The notes beneath the pieces were generated by a model. It was not told the DNA's origin. It saw only the letters and a list, made by a program, of their open reading frames with translations, and searched no databases. The position numbers were made by a program, and so were the translations under genes. From the NCBI GenBank assembly GCA_048882045.1, contig JBHLRZ010000011.1:26778-90777 (forward strand): a DNA stretch of 64,000 bases, in the 5' to 3' direction. Numbering within the stretch: the stretch's first letter is position 1; each line of letters starts with the position of its first letter. Shown piece by piece: positions 10,561 to 19,654 of the stretch. This DNA comes from Candidatus Thorarchaeota archaeon (GTDB lineage Archaea > Asgardarchaeota > Thorarchaeia > Thorarchaeales > Thorarchaeaceae).

Positions 10561-10946
10561 TGAAAGGCAGGAAAATCTTCAAGGGAAAAGTGACTGGTGA
10601 GGCTTTGGTAACGAAAGACGACATCTCTTTCTATGGAGGATGTGATCCAGAAACCGGCGAGATTGTAGAAAAGGGACACCAGCTTGAGGGAAAATCAGTT
10701 TCAGGAAAGATACTGGTTTTCCCAACGGGAAAGGGATCGACTGTTGGTTCATATGTCCTCTATGCTCTTAAGAGGGCCAACAAGGCACCTTTGGCAATCG
10801 TCAACAAGACTACAGATCCAGTCGTCGCTGTTGGATGTATCATATCAGAAATTCCCGCTGTGGATCAGATAGATATTGAAGAGATTAAAACAGGACAAAA
10901 AGTGGAAGTGGACGCCGAGAACGGCGTCGTTTCCGTCGTTGGTTAG
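10560..10946 (+). CDS. Aconitase X small subunit (DUF126), probable phosphomevalonate dehydratase small subunit
   Basis: [24 protein letters not shown]; ATG overlaps upstream TAA. Confidence 0.88.
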   Translation: MKGRKIFKGKVTGEALVTKDDISFYGGCDPETGEIVEKGHQLEGKSVSGKILVFPTGKGSTVGSYVLYALKRANKAPLAIVNKTTDPVVAVGCIISEIPAVDQIDIEEIKTGQKVEVDAENGVVSVVG

Positions 10947-11578
10947 AACCGTTGTAGTTGTGGTTCGAAGTCTTCAGGACTGAAAGCGGTTTCACCATCT
11001 TCTGGCATATCACCTCTCTCTTTGAGTGTTTGAGTGGTCAGAAGATAGTAGATTAGTGCTAACGACTTTCTACCACGGTTGTTGGTGGGAATTACCAGGT
11101 CAACGTTGGTTGTGACATTGTCTGTATCGCAGAGCGCGACAACTGGCACTCCAATTTTTGCAGCCTCTGAGAGAGCTTGCTGATCTGTTCGTGGATCTGT
11201 GAGGATTACGGCATCTGGTTCGATGTAGGTCCTAGGTCCAGCAATGTTTGGATTGGTGAGAGTTCCTGGAACAAAGCGTTCTGTGAATGAATTCGCACCA
11301 ATGTAGTAGGCGAAGGTTTCCACTGGTTTCTTTCCATAAACTCTTCCCGAAACTACTACAACCTTTGCTGGGTCAAACCTTGCTAGAAACTTGCCAGCCA
11401 CTCTAATCCGCTCGTCGGTCTTTCGAACATCAAGTACGTAAAGACCGATAGGACGTTGTCTATAGACGAATGGCTCCATATCCTGGGTCTTGACCTGGGT
11501 TCCGATATGGCAGCCTGCGGCGAGGTACTTGTCCATCGGTGTGAGGAGCTCTAAATCAGCGACTTCTATCTCACTCAT
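10943..11578 (-). CDS. rps2: 30S ribosomal protein uS2
   Basis: [29 protein letters not shown]. Confidence 0.96.
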   Translation of the reverse strand: MSEIEVADLELLTPMDKYLAAGCHIGTQVKTQDMEPFVYRQRPIGLYVLDVRKTDERIRVAGKFLARFDPAKVVVVSGRVYGKKPVETFAYYIGANSFTERFVPGTLTNPNIAGPRTYIEPDAVILTDPRTDQQALSEAAKIGVPVVALCDTDNVTTNVDLVIPTNNRGRKSLALIYYLLTTQTLKERGDMPEDGETAFSPEDFEPQLQRF

Positions 11579-11579
11579 T

Positions 11580-11795
11580 CTACTTTACCTCCGCGGATTC
11601 TGTTGCAGCAAATGCCATGAAGCTGTCAATAATGTCAATGTGTGCGAGAAGCATCCTTCGACAGCAGTATCTTGTGAGTCCAACGTTGTCAAGAACGACT
11701 GATGGATCTTCACCCTGTCGCACTTCGCGTTTGAACTGCTCAAACTTGTCGGCAACTACTTTGCCGCACGTAAAACATCGTACTGGAATAATCAT
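11580..11795 (-). CDS. rpoN: RNA polymerase subunit N (Rpo10)
   Basis: [21 protein letters not shown]. Confidence 0.97.
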   Translation of the reverse strand: MIIPVRCFTCGKVVADKFEQFKREVRQGEDPSVVLDNVGLTRYCCRRMLLAHIDIIDSFMAFAATESAEVK

Positions 11796-11807
11796 TGTAT
11801 AGTCGCC

Positions 11808-12206
11808 TCACCTGTATGATTTCTGGTATCGGGACCTAGCTGATGGACCACCAAACTTCTTGGGTTCGGTCCGTCGTGGATCTCCGACCAGCATTGTCCT
11901 ATCGTGTTCGATCATCTTTGAGCGTACCTCAAAGTCTTGGCTCATGCGGATCAGACCAGTAGCTATGGCCATTCTCACTGCATCAGCTTGACTCATGAAG
12001 CCGCCTCCCTTTGTTCGCACCCTGATGTCGTATCTCTTCCATCCCTCTCCGAAGAGAACCAACGGTTCCATGATACGCATTCGGGCAAGCTCTGGTTGTT
12101 GAATTTCCAGAGGTCTACCATTGATTCTAATTCTACCGGTACCATCCTTGATTGTTGCCTTAGCAAGGCTTGTCTTTCTCTTGCCGGTGCTCACTACGAC
12201 TCTCAC
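11808..12206 (-). CDS. rps9: 30S ribosomal protein uS9
   Basis: GKRKTS, GGGFMSQA, EPKKFGG..AR..YQKSYR; GTG start overlaps rpl13 stop. Confidence 0.96.
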   Translation of the reverse strand: MRVVVSTGKRKTSLAKATIKDGTGRIRINGRPLEIQQPELARMRIMEPLVLFGEGWKRYDIRVRTKGGGFMSQADAVRMAIATGLIRMSQDFEVRSKMIEHDRTMLVGDPRRTEPKKFGGPSARSRYQKSYR

Positions 12207-12658
12207 TTTTCTACCTCCGGGCCTCTCCAACCGAGTTCGTGGCTCAAATCTGCCACAGTGATGAACTTCCGTTTCAGACTCTTGTACCTTGCACCCTCGA
12301 GTACGATTTTCTCGGCATCCGCATATTGCTCTGGTACACCAATGTATACCTTGATACGCTTGTATGCGGCCTTACCTCGGGGTGTTGGCCAAGGTAGCAT
12401 TCCACGGACCATCTTCCGGACCATCTTGTCTGGGCGACGTTCATGTAACGGACCCCTGCTTGGTTTGTATGATGTCCGGATGTCGAACTTCTCTTTCCAA
12501 GCTTCAATCAAGGTCCTACGATCGCCTGTGATGATTGCTTTCTCTACATTGACGATGACAACCTGCTCACCAAGAATAGCAGCTTTCGCAGCCTTTGATC
12601 CTAGGCGTCCAACGACCATATTCTCAGCATCGTAAATCTTGACACTCTCTGTACTCAT
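12203..12658 (-). CDS. rpl13: 50S ribosomal protein uL13
   Basis: DAENMVVGRL, VRGMLP, RGKAAYKRIKVYIGVP. Confidence 0.96.
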   Translation of the reverse strand: MSTESVKIYDAENMVVGRLGSKAAKAAILGEQVVIVNVEKAIITGDRRTLIEAWKEKFDIRTSYKPSRGPLHERRPDKMVRKMVRGMLPWPTPRGKAAYKRIKVYIGVPEQYADAEKIVLEGARYKSLKRKFITVADLSHELGWRGPEVEK

Positions 12659-12667
12659 TGTAATCAC

Positions 12668-13039
12668 CTATACTATGATCGTTACTCCTTTCCCTTTGGG
12701 AACCTTTGTCAGCAGTTCGTCGATTGAAATCAGTGAACCACCAGCTCCTATAATGACTGTCCTTGCTGAAGCTGAAGCATTGAGGGCAGCCACTGTTACC
12801 TTGTGAGAGAGGTTCCCCGATCCTAGAACCTTTCCAGGAACGACGATTATGTCTCCAGCACTTGTGTAACGACTGATTTTCCCAATGTTCACTGTAGCAC
12901 GTTTGCGAGCTGGTCTAGCAATTAGCTCAGCAACTCGTTTCCAAATACCAACATTATGTTTGGTGGATGTCTTTCGTAGCGCATTAATGAGTGCGCGTGT
13001 GTTTGGGTCTGTTGGTCCAGATTTGACTGATCTTTCCAT
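12668..13039 (-). CDS. rpl18e: 50S ribosomal protein eL18
   Basis: IWKRVAE, VNIGKI, VVPGKVLGSG. Confidence 0.95.
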   Translation of the reverse strand: MERSVKSGPTDPNTRALINALRKTSTKHNVGIWKRVAELIARPARKRATVNIGKISRYTSAGDIIVVPGKVLGSGNLSHKVTVAALNASASARTVIIGAGGSLISIDELLTKVPKGKGVTIIV

Positions 13040-13050
13040 GATGTCACACC

Positions 13051-13854
13051 TCATAGTGTATTTGCATAGTCAAGGGCCAGTCTGATTCTCTCTTTCAGGA
13101 GCTCAGCGGACTTTTCTACAATCTCTTCAGGAGTGAGTGCACCTGTGGACTCTACCTTGAACAGAAAACTGTCTTTCTTGGAATCAATTGTTATTGCTCC
13201 AGGCTCGCAGACTTCCACACAAGCCTCACAGAGACTGCAATCTAGGGTGTTCTGTGTTGATATTGTATCACCCTCAACTCGGAAGATGTTTTTTGGACAC
13301 ACGCCAACACAATCTCCACACTGGGTGCATTTCTTCTTGTTCACTTCGACTATGGGTACATATTTGTATGAAACCGTTGATACTGGCTGGAATTTCGCGT
13401 TTTCCACACCCTTGCCAAGTCTGGCGTATGCTTCGATAATCAGACGTTGACCTGGGGCCAGCTTCACCAGGGGAATATCACCTGATGCAGGAACTACCTT
13501 TGGGTCTTGTGAGGATAGGTTGCTGGAATTGACAATCTTATCCTCATCGTCCTCAGCTGTTTCCTCAAGCGTGAGAGTACATTGACACAGGCTGCAGCCT
13601 TTACCTTCGCATTCGCAATCTTCTGGCAAGTTGTAGCTCTCGAGATCTGTTACGAGGGGAATCAGTCCTAGTCTATGTGCAAGCATCTCATCATACATGA
13701 CGCTCGTATTTTCTAGAACTAGAACCTCATCTATAGCCATTGAGGGCAATCTAGTAAGCATTGTCCTGCGTAGTGCGTTTGCAAAAGCAACATCCACTCC
13801 TTCTACAAGGAAGTGAATTATGTTGTCTTCTTTGTGGATTATTGTAATTTCCAT
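13051..13854 (-). CDS. rpoD: RNA polymerase subunit D (Rpo3) with ferredoxin-like insert
   Basis: ANALRR, NTSVMYDEMLAHRLGLIP, ESTGAL; two CxxCxxCxxxC motifs. Confidence 0.96.
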   Translation of the reverse strand: MEITIIHKEDNIIHFLVEGVDVAFANALRRTMLTRLPSMAIDEVLVLENTSVMYDEMLAHRLGLIPLVTDLESYNLPEDCECEGKGCSLCQCTLTLEETAEDDEDKIVNSSNLSSQDPKVVPASGDIPLVKLAPGQRLIIEAYARLGKGVENAKFQPVSTVSYKYVPIVEVNKKKCTQCGDCVGVCPKNIFRVEGDTISTQNTLDCSLCEACVEVCEPGAITIDSKKDSFLFKVESTGALTPEEIVEKSAELLKERIRLALDYANTL

Positions 13855-14036
13855 TGGCTCACCTGACCGCAGAGGTTTGTTCACCCAAAAGACATTCTTA
13901 CCGGGACGGACTCGCCATATGACTGTGATGCCAAATGGCTCACTCGCCCATGCCCTGGGCGTCTTCGCCTGCTTTGTCTGAACATAAAAGGCTTGTCCTA
14001 CGTCTGATTATAGAAAAACTGGAACGAATCTTTGAA

Positions 14037-14534
14037 CTATGAAGCTATCTGTGAAATGTCCTTTAGCCCATTAACAATTAGTTTGTATCCATTTAGTCGT
14101 TGCTTTGGATCGATTGCAACCATTCCAAAGGTAGGTACTCCAAGAAGGTCCTGTACTGATTCGGGTCTCATCGATCCTGGAAGGTCCTGTTTGTTCGCTA
14201 TGGCAATGACCTTCACCCCAAGGAGCTGGTTTTTGTACTTTTCAAGTAGCTGGCGCGTCTTTAATACGGCTTTAGGATAACTCTCAGTGACTATGACGAC
14301 CATCCTACTGCCTTTCATGAAGTCGGCCCAAAGAAATTCAAAATGAGATTGGCCACCCATCTCAATCAGCGATGCTTTTGTGTTACCATCAATTGTGATT
14401 GTCCCACAACTCATACCTGCAGTCGGCTGATAATTGACTTCCAGTTTTTGCGTGCTGTCCGTGAGTAGTTTGATCAGCGTGGATTTACCCGCATAACCGG
14501 AACCCATCAGGGCAACCTTGACATATTGTGTCAT
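14037..14534 (-). CDS. Small GTPase (Arf/Rab-like, Asgard type)
   Basis: G1 GSGYAGKS, G2 PTAG, G3 EMGGQ, G4 NKQD. Confidence 0.85.
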   Translation of the reverse strand: MTQYVKVALMGSGYAGKSTLIKLLTDSTQKLEVNYQPTAGMSCGTITIDGNTKASLIEMGGQSHFEFLWADFMKGSRMVVIVTESYPKAVLKTRQLLEKYKNQLLGVKVIAIANKQDLPGSMRPESVQDLLGVPTFGMVAIDPKQRLNGYKLIVNGLKDISQIAS

Positions 14535-14718
14535 GTGAGTTGACTCCAAGTTTAGGGAGTTTAGACAGCGTATAGGTTGGAGTATTTCGGGGGTAACACT
14601 CGCTCTATAACCATCCACCTTCTCATAGTCTACTTAAGAATAATGAAACTATCAAGAAAAACGCGCGATAGAAGGCCTTAACTGGCAAATAGATTCTGCA
14701 AAGGCGCGAGCTGATGAG

Positions 14719-15711
14719 ATGTCCTCGAAAGAGCCAGAAATCATTGTAATCGATGATAACGCCTTAGAGGAACTTGGAATTTTGATGAAAGACTACAAGA
14801 ATCCACTTTGTGTCACTGACGAACTAATCAAGGGAGAGTACTCGCATCATTTGGAGAAGGCCATAGGTTCTTCATGCAAGTGGTTTATGGCTGACAAGTA
14901 TCGTGCGCACTCCAACACGGTGCTTGGGAACATAGACATTATCCTCGGATTTGGAGGTGGGAGCAGTCTAGATGTGGCAAAACTTACAGCAAGGGATACT
15001 GGCCTGAGCTGGATTGCCATACCAACTGCAGCATCCCATGATGGTATCGCAAGCGAAGTTGCTTCAGTGAGCCATAATGGGTACAAATACTCAGTGAAAT
15101 GCAAAGGACCTGTGGCGGTGTTTGCGGACACTTCAATCATATCCAAGGCACCACCTATGTTGAAACTGGCTGGACTTGGTGATATAATCTGTAAGACTTC
15201 AAGCCTAGCAGAATGGAAGATGGCGCATAAAATCAAGAATGAGCCATTTGATAGCGAGGTCTATTCAATTGTTGATAATGCATTGAATGCTGTCTTCACA
15301 GATGATAGTCTTGAAACATTAATTATGGCAGAGATAGATGCAGGACGTGCTATGAGTATCTTTGGGAGTTCCCGACCGTGTTCAGGAACAGAACATGCAA
15401 TATCTCATGCATTGGATAGGGTGAGTGGTAAGCTTCATGGACTTCAAGTAGCCTTTGCGACTCCTCTCTGTCTTCACTATCTCAAAGAAGCAGGATATAC
15501 TTCCTACACACCACAAGATCTGAAGACCTACATGTCTGATAGACAGATGCCCACAACCCTAGAAGAGATTTCCATTTCAATTGGACAGTTCATTGATGCC
15601 ATCAATCAGGGACTAAAAATCATGGACAAGCGAGATCGGTATTCGATTCTTAGACACATGGAAGTAGATGAGTCGTCGTTGAGAGATACGATTACCAACC
15701 TCGGATACTGA
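14719..15711 (+). CDS. egsA: sn-glycerol-1-phosphate dehydrogenase
   Basis: GGGSSLDVAK, PTAASHDGIAS, SRPCSGTEH, LHGLQV. Confidence 0.9.
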   Translation: MSSKEPEIIVIDDNALEELGILMKDYKNPLCVTDELIKGEYSHHLEKAIGSSCKWFMADKYRAHSNTVLGNIDIILGFGGGSSLDVAKLTARDTGLSWIAIPTAASHDGIASEVASVSHNGYKYSVKCKGPVAVFADTSIISKAPPMLKLAGLGDIICKTSSLAEWKMAHKIKNEPFDSEVYSIVDNALNAVFTDDSLETLIMAEIDAGRAMSIFGSSRPCSGTEHAISHALDRVSGKLHGLQVAFATPLCLHYLKEAGYTSYTPQDLKTYMSDRQMPTTLEEISISIGQFIDAINQGLKIMDKRDRYSILRHMEVDESSLRDTITNLGY

Positions 15712-15794
15712 GGTGTTGCTTCGACAGTTTTAAAAGAAGTTAGAATGACGGCGCAGAAGAGTCTGTTCGTGAAGGACAGGTCTTGGTAGAATAT

Positions 15795-15818
15795 GCCGAT
15801 GAAGAACTAAACTGAGGT
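15795..15818 (+). promoter_or_regulatory. Kink-turn in rpl7ae 5' UTR (L7Ae autoregulatory site)
   Basis: GCC-GAT-GA-AG...CT-GA-GGT: C stem, 3-nt bulge, tandem G-A pairs; overlaps the RBS GAGGT. Confidence 0.7.
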
Positions 15819-15826
15819 AAACAATT

Positions 15827-16198
15827 ATGCCAAAGCCAAGTTTTGTAGAATGGGAACCCACTGATGAACTTCAAAAGAAGGCCCTTGAGGCTCTAGAGAT
15901 TGCCAAAGACACAGGTCGGATTAAGAAAGGTATCAACGAAGCGACAAAGAGTATCGAGCGTGGTATTGCACGACTGGTAGTAATTGCTGAGGATGTTGAA
16001 CCTCAAGAGGTCATCATGTATCTCCCCGGTCTCTGTGACGACAAGAAAGCACCTTACATCTTCGTGAAAAGCAAAGCAGATCTTGGAAACGCTGCTGGTA
16101 TTGAGCGACCAACTGCTGCAGTAGCAATCATCGTAGACGGCAAGGCAAAGGAATTGGTTGATGATCTTGTTGAGAAGATCAACGGCCTTCGTAAGTAA
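15827..16198 (+). CDS. rpl7ae: 50S ribosomal protein eL8/L7Ae
   Basis: KKGINEATKSIERG, IAEDVEP. Confidence 0.96.
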   Translation: MPKPSFVEWEPTDELQKKALEALEIAKDTGRIKKGINEATKSIERGIARLVVIAEDVEPQEVIMYLPGLCDDKKAPYIFVKSKADLGNAAGIERPTAAVAIIVDGKAKELVDDLVEKINGLRK

Positions 16199-16218
16199 GA
16201 CTCAGGTGATTGTTTCCG

Positions 16219-16443
16219 ATGAGTAAAGATGAAGAAACTACCCCTTCAATTCCTGCTGAAGTGATTCAGCTTCTAGGAAGGACTGGAGTGACTGGTGAAA
16301 TTACTCAGGTCCGGGTTAAGATCCTAGATGGGAGAGACAAGGGCCGAGTGCTTACTCGGAACGTGAAGGGACCGATCAGAATGGGTGATATACTCATACT
16401 GAGGGAAACTGAGCGTGAAGCCCGTAAAATGAGGAGGCGCTAG
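16219..16443 (+). CDS. rps28e: 30S ribosomal protein eS28
   Basis: [23 protein letters not shown]. Confidence 0.96.
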   Translation: MSKDEETTPSIPAEVIQLLGRTGVTGEITQVRVKILDGRDKGRVLTRNVKGPIRMGDILILRETEREARKMRRR

Positions 16444-16445
16444 AT

Positions 16446-16646
16446 ATGGTCGGCACACAGAAATGTTCGTTCTGTGGCAGGGACATTGAACCAGGTACTG
16501 GGTCAGCTTTTGTGCAGACAAAGGATGGAGCTGTATCATGGTTCTGCTCAAACAAGTGTAAAACAAATCGACTGAAACGCCGCTTAAAGCCTAGAGATAC
16601 AAAATGGACTGCAGGCTACGAGAAAGGCGGCAAGGCAGCTCGTTAG
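16446..16646 (+). CDS. rpl24e: 50S ribosomal protein eL24
   Basis: CSFCG..IEPGTG, FCSNKC, KWT. Confidence 0.96.
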   Translation: MVGTQKCSFCGRDIEPGTGSAFVQTKDGAVSWFCSNKCKTNRLKRRLKPRDTKWTAGYEKGGKAAR

Positions 16647-16665
16647 AATAAAGAAATGAACCAAA

Positions 16666-16683
16666 GGTGGCTAATAAGCCACC
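16666..16683. terminator. Hairpin between convergent rpl24e and ndk
   Basis: GGTGGCT-AATA-AGCCACC perfect inverted repeat. Confidence 0.55.
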
Positions 16684-16694
16684 CGAGGTTTCAG

Positions 16695-17366
16695 CTATTC
16701 CTTTTCGATCTCTTCTTTTACAAAGTCAAAAATCACTGTTCCAAGATTTCTGATTTCTTCTGAACTTATTCCCTTGGCGTCTTTTCCAAGAAACCTAATC
16801 AACGAGTCTAGGACAGATTCAGATGTGTCACGGTTCTCAATTGCGTTCTTGACAACTTTCCGAATCTGCATAGTAAAATCAACATCACCTGAGATGTATT
16901 GCTCAACGTAGTCTTTTGCTATACTTTCCGCATCTGAAGTTTCCATGAGACCTCCCTCATTTGTCCATAGATCAATCTCCTTAGTTGCAGTTTCTGGAGC
17001 ATCAGAAGCATGTGCAATGTTGATACCAGCCCAAATGCCATATTTCCCTCTGAGTGATGATGGGTCGGCTTTCTGGACAAAGGTTGCCCCAAGTGCATCT
17101 CGAACTCCTTGAATCACATCATCAGCCTCAAAGATTATTGCAAGCACTGGTGCAGAGGATATGAAATCGACCAACCAGGAGAAGAAGGGTTTCTCTTTGT
17201 GTACTGCGTAGTGAAGCTTTGCTAGAGATTCGGGCACCTTCATCTCACTGAATGCACGTACTTTGTAGCCCCGGTCCATCAATGCTTTCAACACCAATGC
17301 ACTGACTGTCCGACGGGCTGTCCCATCTGGTTTGATTATGACAAACGAGCGTTCCAACGGTTTCAC
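16695..17366 (-). CDS. ndk: Nucleoside-diphosphate kinase with C-terminal extension
   Basis: FVIIKPDG, HYAVHKEKPFF, GAT, NIAHASD. Confidence 0.92.
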   Translation of the reverse strand: MKPLERSFVIIKPDGTARRTVSALVLKALMDRGYKVRAFSEMKVPESLAKLHYAVHKEKPFFSWLVDFISSAPVLAIIFEADDVIQGVRDALGATFVQKADPSSLRGKYGIWAGINIAHASDAPETATKEIDLWTNEGGLMETSDAESIAKDYVEQYISGDVDFTMQIRKVVKNAIENRDTSESVLDSLIRFLGKDAKGISSEEIRNLGTVIFDFVKEEIEKE

Positions 17367-17516
17367 CTATTCTAATTGATACACGAATCAGGTATCCTCG
17401 ACCCTCGCGAGATTGAACGTGAATATAACACATTTCATTGGACAGTGTCTGACAAAATCGACACTTTCATAACTGTAGCCCGTTGTCCCTCAGCAATTCC
17501 TTGTGAGGTGCACGCG

Positions 17517-19298
17517 ATGAGTGAGAAACGGAAGCTTCGCTCCCCAATCGTTACCGTTCTTGGACACATAGATCATGGAAAGACCTCATTGCTCGATAAA
17601 ATGCGTGGAACAGGAGTCCAAGATAGAGAGGCTGCTGGAATCACTCAACACATTGGAGCCTCATTCTTCCCAACTGAAACGATTCTTTCCATCTGCGGCG
17701 AACTCTTGAAGTCTGTCAATACCGAACTCACGATTGATGGTCTGCTCTTCATAGATACACCTGGCCATGAGGCATATCTTAACCTCAGACGGAGGGGAGG
17801 GGCTATAGCAGACATTGCAATACTCGTGGTGGACATAAACGAGGGACCTCTCACTCAGTCCTACGAGTCCCTCAAGATTCTTCGCTCAGGAAAGACTCCG
17901 TTTCTTATAGCAGCAAACAAACTCGACAAGGTCCCAGGATGGAGAGACAAACCAGGTATGACTCTTTTTCAGGCAATCAAAGCACAGTCACAGTCTACCC
18001 AGAATGAGATTGATAGACGTCTGTATGAGATTGTGGGTGCTCTCTCAGCTAATGGTATCCAATCAGAACGATTTGACCGTGTTGAGGACTTCAGAAAGAC
18101 CGTAGCCATCGTTCCCACAAGCGCCAAGACCGGGGACGGAATTCCAGAGCTTCTCATGGTATTATCAGGCCTGACCCAACAGTACATGCAGGAACGATTG
18201 AGAGTATCAAAGGGTCCAGCTAGAGGGGCAATCCTTGAAGTTCGCGAAGAAACCGGATTGGGACTGACTCTTGACACAATTATCTATGATGGTGTCTTGA
18301 GTAAGACTGATACAGTGGTCGTGGGCGGACTGGATGACGTCATTGTAGCGAAGATACGGGCGTTATTGCAACCAAAACCCCTAGACGAGATTCGAGACCC
18401 CAAGGAGAAGTTCACTCAGGTCGATAAAGTCCATGCAGCTGCAGGTGTCAAGATTGTCGCTCCCGATATCGAAGGTGCAGTTGCAGGTGCTCCTGTCTAC
18501 GCGGTGCCCGATCTCCAAAAACTCGATGAAATCAAACAACGAGTCAGAGATGAGGTGGGTGCGATACGAATCCAAACGGACAAGTCAGGCATAGTTTTGA
18601 AGACTGATACTCTTGGCTCGTTGGAAGCAGTCACACAATTTCTGCAGGAACGAAAGGTTCCAGTAAGAGCAGCTGATGTGGGTCCAATTGTTAAACGTGA
18701 CATCATAGAAGCCCAAGCTTCAGGTGATACTGATCCATTGAATGCAGTGGTACTAGGTTTCAATGTCAAGTTTGCTCCGGGCATAGAGGATCTTGCAGCT
18801 GAATTGGGCGTTGAAACTTTTCTGAATGAAGTCATATATCGTTTGTATGATGACTACAACGCTTGGTTGATTGTTAAGAGAGAACAAGAAAAAGCCGAAT
18901 CACTGAGCTCCATTATCAGACCAGGGAAAATAGAACTCATGCCAGACTATGTTTTTCGACATAGTAATCCAGCGGTTGTAGGTGTGAAGGTCTATGGCAT
19001 GATTCGACCTAGAACCACATTAATCAACGAAGAGGGCAAACGAGTAGGCACAATTCTACAGATTCAAGACAGAAGCGTCACGATTGACGAGGCCACGGAG
19101 GGTATGGAAGTTGCTGTTTCAATCCGTGGACCGACAATCGGGAGACAGGTGAAAGACACTGAGATTCTCTATACTGACATTCCTGACAAGCATGTTTTGG
19201 CAATCAGAAAGAAGTTCATGGATGATCTCTCACAGTCAGAACAGGAAGTCCTGGAAGAATTCACAACCATCAAACGAGCAGCTGGGGCTTTTATCTAA
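17517..19298 (+). CDS. infB: Translation initiation factor aIF5B (IF-2)
   Basis: LGHIDHGKT, GITQHIGA, DTPGHE, NKLD, DTLGSLEA; RBS-preceded ATG at 17517. Confidence 0.96.
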   Translation: MSEKRKLRSPIVTVLGHIDHGKTSLLDKMRGTGVQDREAAGITQHIGASFFPTETILSICGELLKSVNTELTIDGLLFIDTPGHEAYLNLRRRGGAIADIAILVVDINEGPLTQSYESLKILRSGKTPFLIAANKLDKVPGWRDKPGMTLFQAIKAQSQSTQNEIDRRLYEIVGALSANGIQSERFDRVEDFRKTVAIVPTSAKTGDGIPELLMVLSGLTQQYMQERLRVSKGPARGAILEVREETGLGLTLDTIIYDGVLSKTDTVVVGGLDDVIVAKIRALLQPKPLDEIRDPKEKFTQVDKVHAAAGVKIVAPDIEGAVAGAPVYAVPDLQKLDEIKQRVRDEVGAIRIQTDKSGIVLKTDTLGSLEAVTQFLQERKVPVRAADVGPIVKRDIIEAQASGDTDPLNAVVLGFNVKFAPGIEDLAAELGVETFLNEVIYRLYDDYNAWLIVKREQEKAESLSSIIRPGKIELMPDYVFRHSNPAVVGVKVYGMIRPRTTLINEEGKRVGTILQIQDRSVTIDEATEGMEVAVSIRGPTIGRQVKDTEILYTDIPDKHVLAIRKKFMDDLSQSEQEVLEEFTTIKRAAGAFI

Positions 19299-19334
19299 CT
19301 AAACGTTTTTAGGCAGTTCGGGAAAAAGGTCGAA

Positions 19335-19647
19335 TGCAGCGGGTAGGGCGGGCCGTTTGCCGCGGTCGCGACCACATGGCACTAGTGGCGCCAGTAACCT
19401 CGTGGAGGATGAAACCCAATCACGAAGAGTTTCGCTGTGGGACTGTGATTAGCAGTCTCTGGAGTCTGTTACAGACATAGCAGCATTCGTAGGTTTGTTG
19501 TGATTGTCTTAGATTTCCGAACCGGGTCAGGCCCTGGCGGGAACAGCCCTAAGGATAGGTAGTGGAGCCCCAGAGGGCGCTGCTTTGAGAAACACTGCGA
19601 GCTAACTCAGCGTGAGAAGGACATTCGATACATCAGGGGCTGCTGCA
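19335..19647 (+). ncRNA. Archaeal SRP (7S) RNA
   Basis: About 313 nt, GC-rich; ends pair (TGCAGCGG/CTGCTGCA); Alu-like 5' domain; helix 8 GGGTCAGGCCC-TGGC-GGGAACAGCCC. Confidence 0.85.
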
Positions 19648-19654
19648 CCCTCTA

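Noticed and set aside
11937-12635. 232-aa + strand ORF and many similar antisense ORFs
   Set aside because: Shadow frames opposite well-conserved genes.
13130-13630. RpoD Fe-S and Zn motifs as a novelty
   Set aside because: Ferredoxin-like inserts in Rpo3 are already known in many archaea.
13925-13981. C/D box sRNA
   Set aside because: Box C is imperfect and there is no convincing C'/D' pair.
17376-17516. N-terminal extension of aIF5B in the ORF track
   Set aside because: The RBS and homology point to the ATG at 17517.
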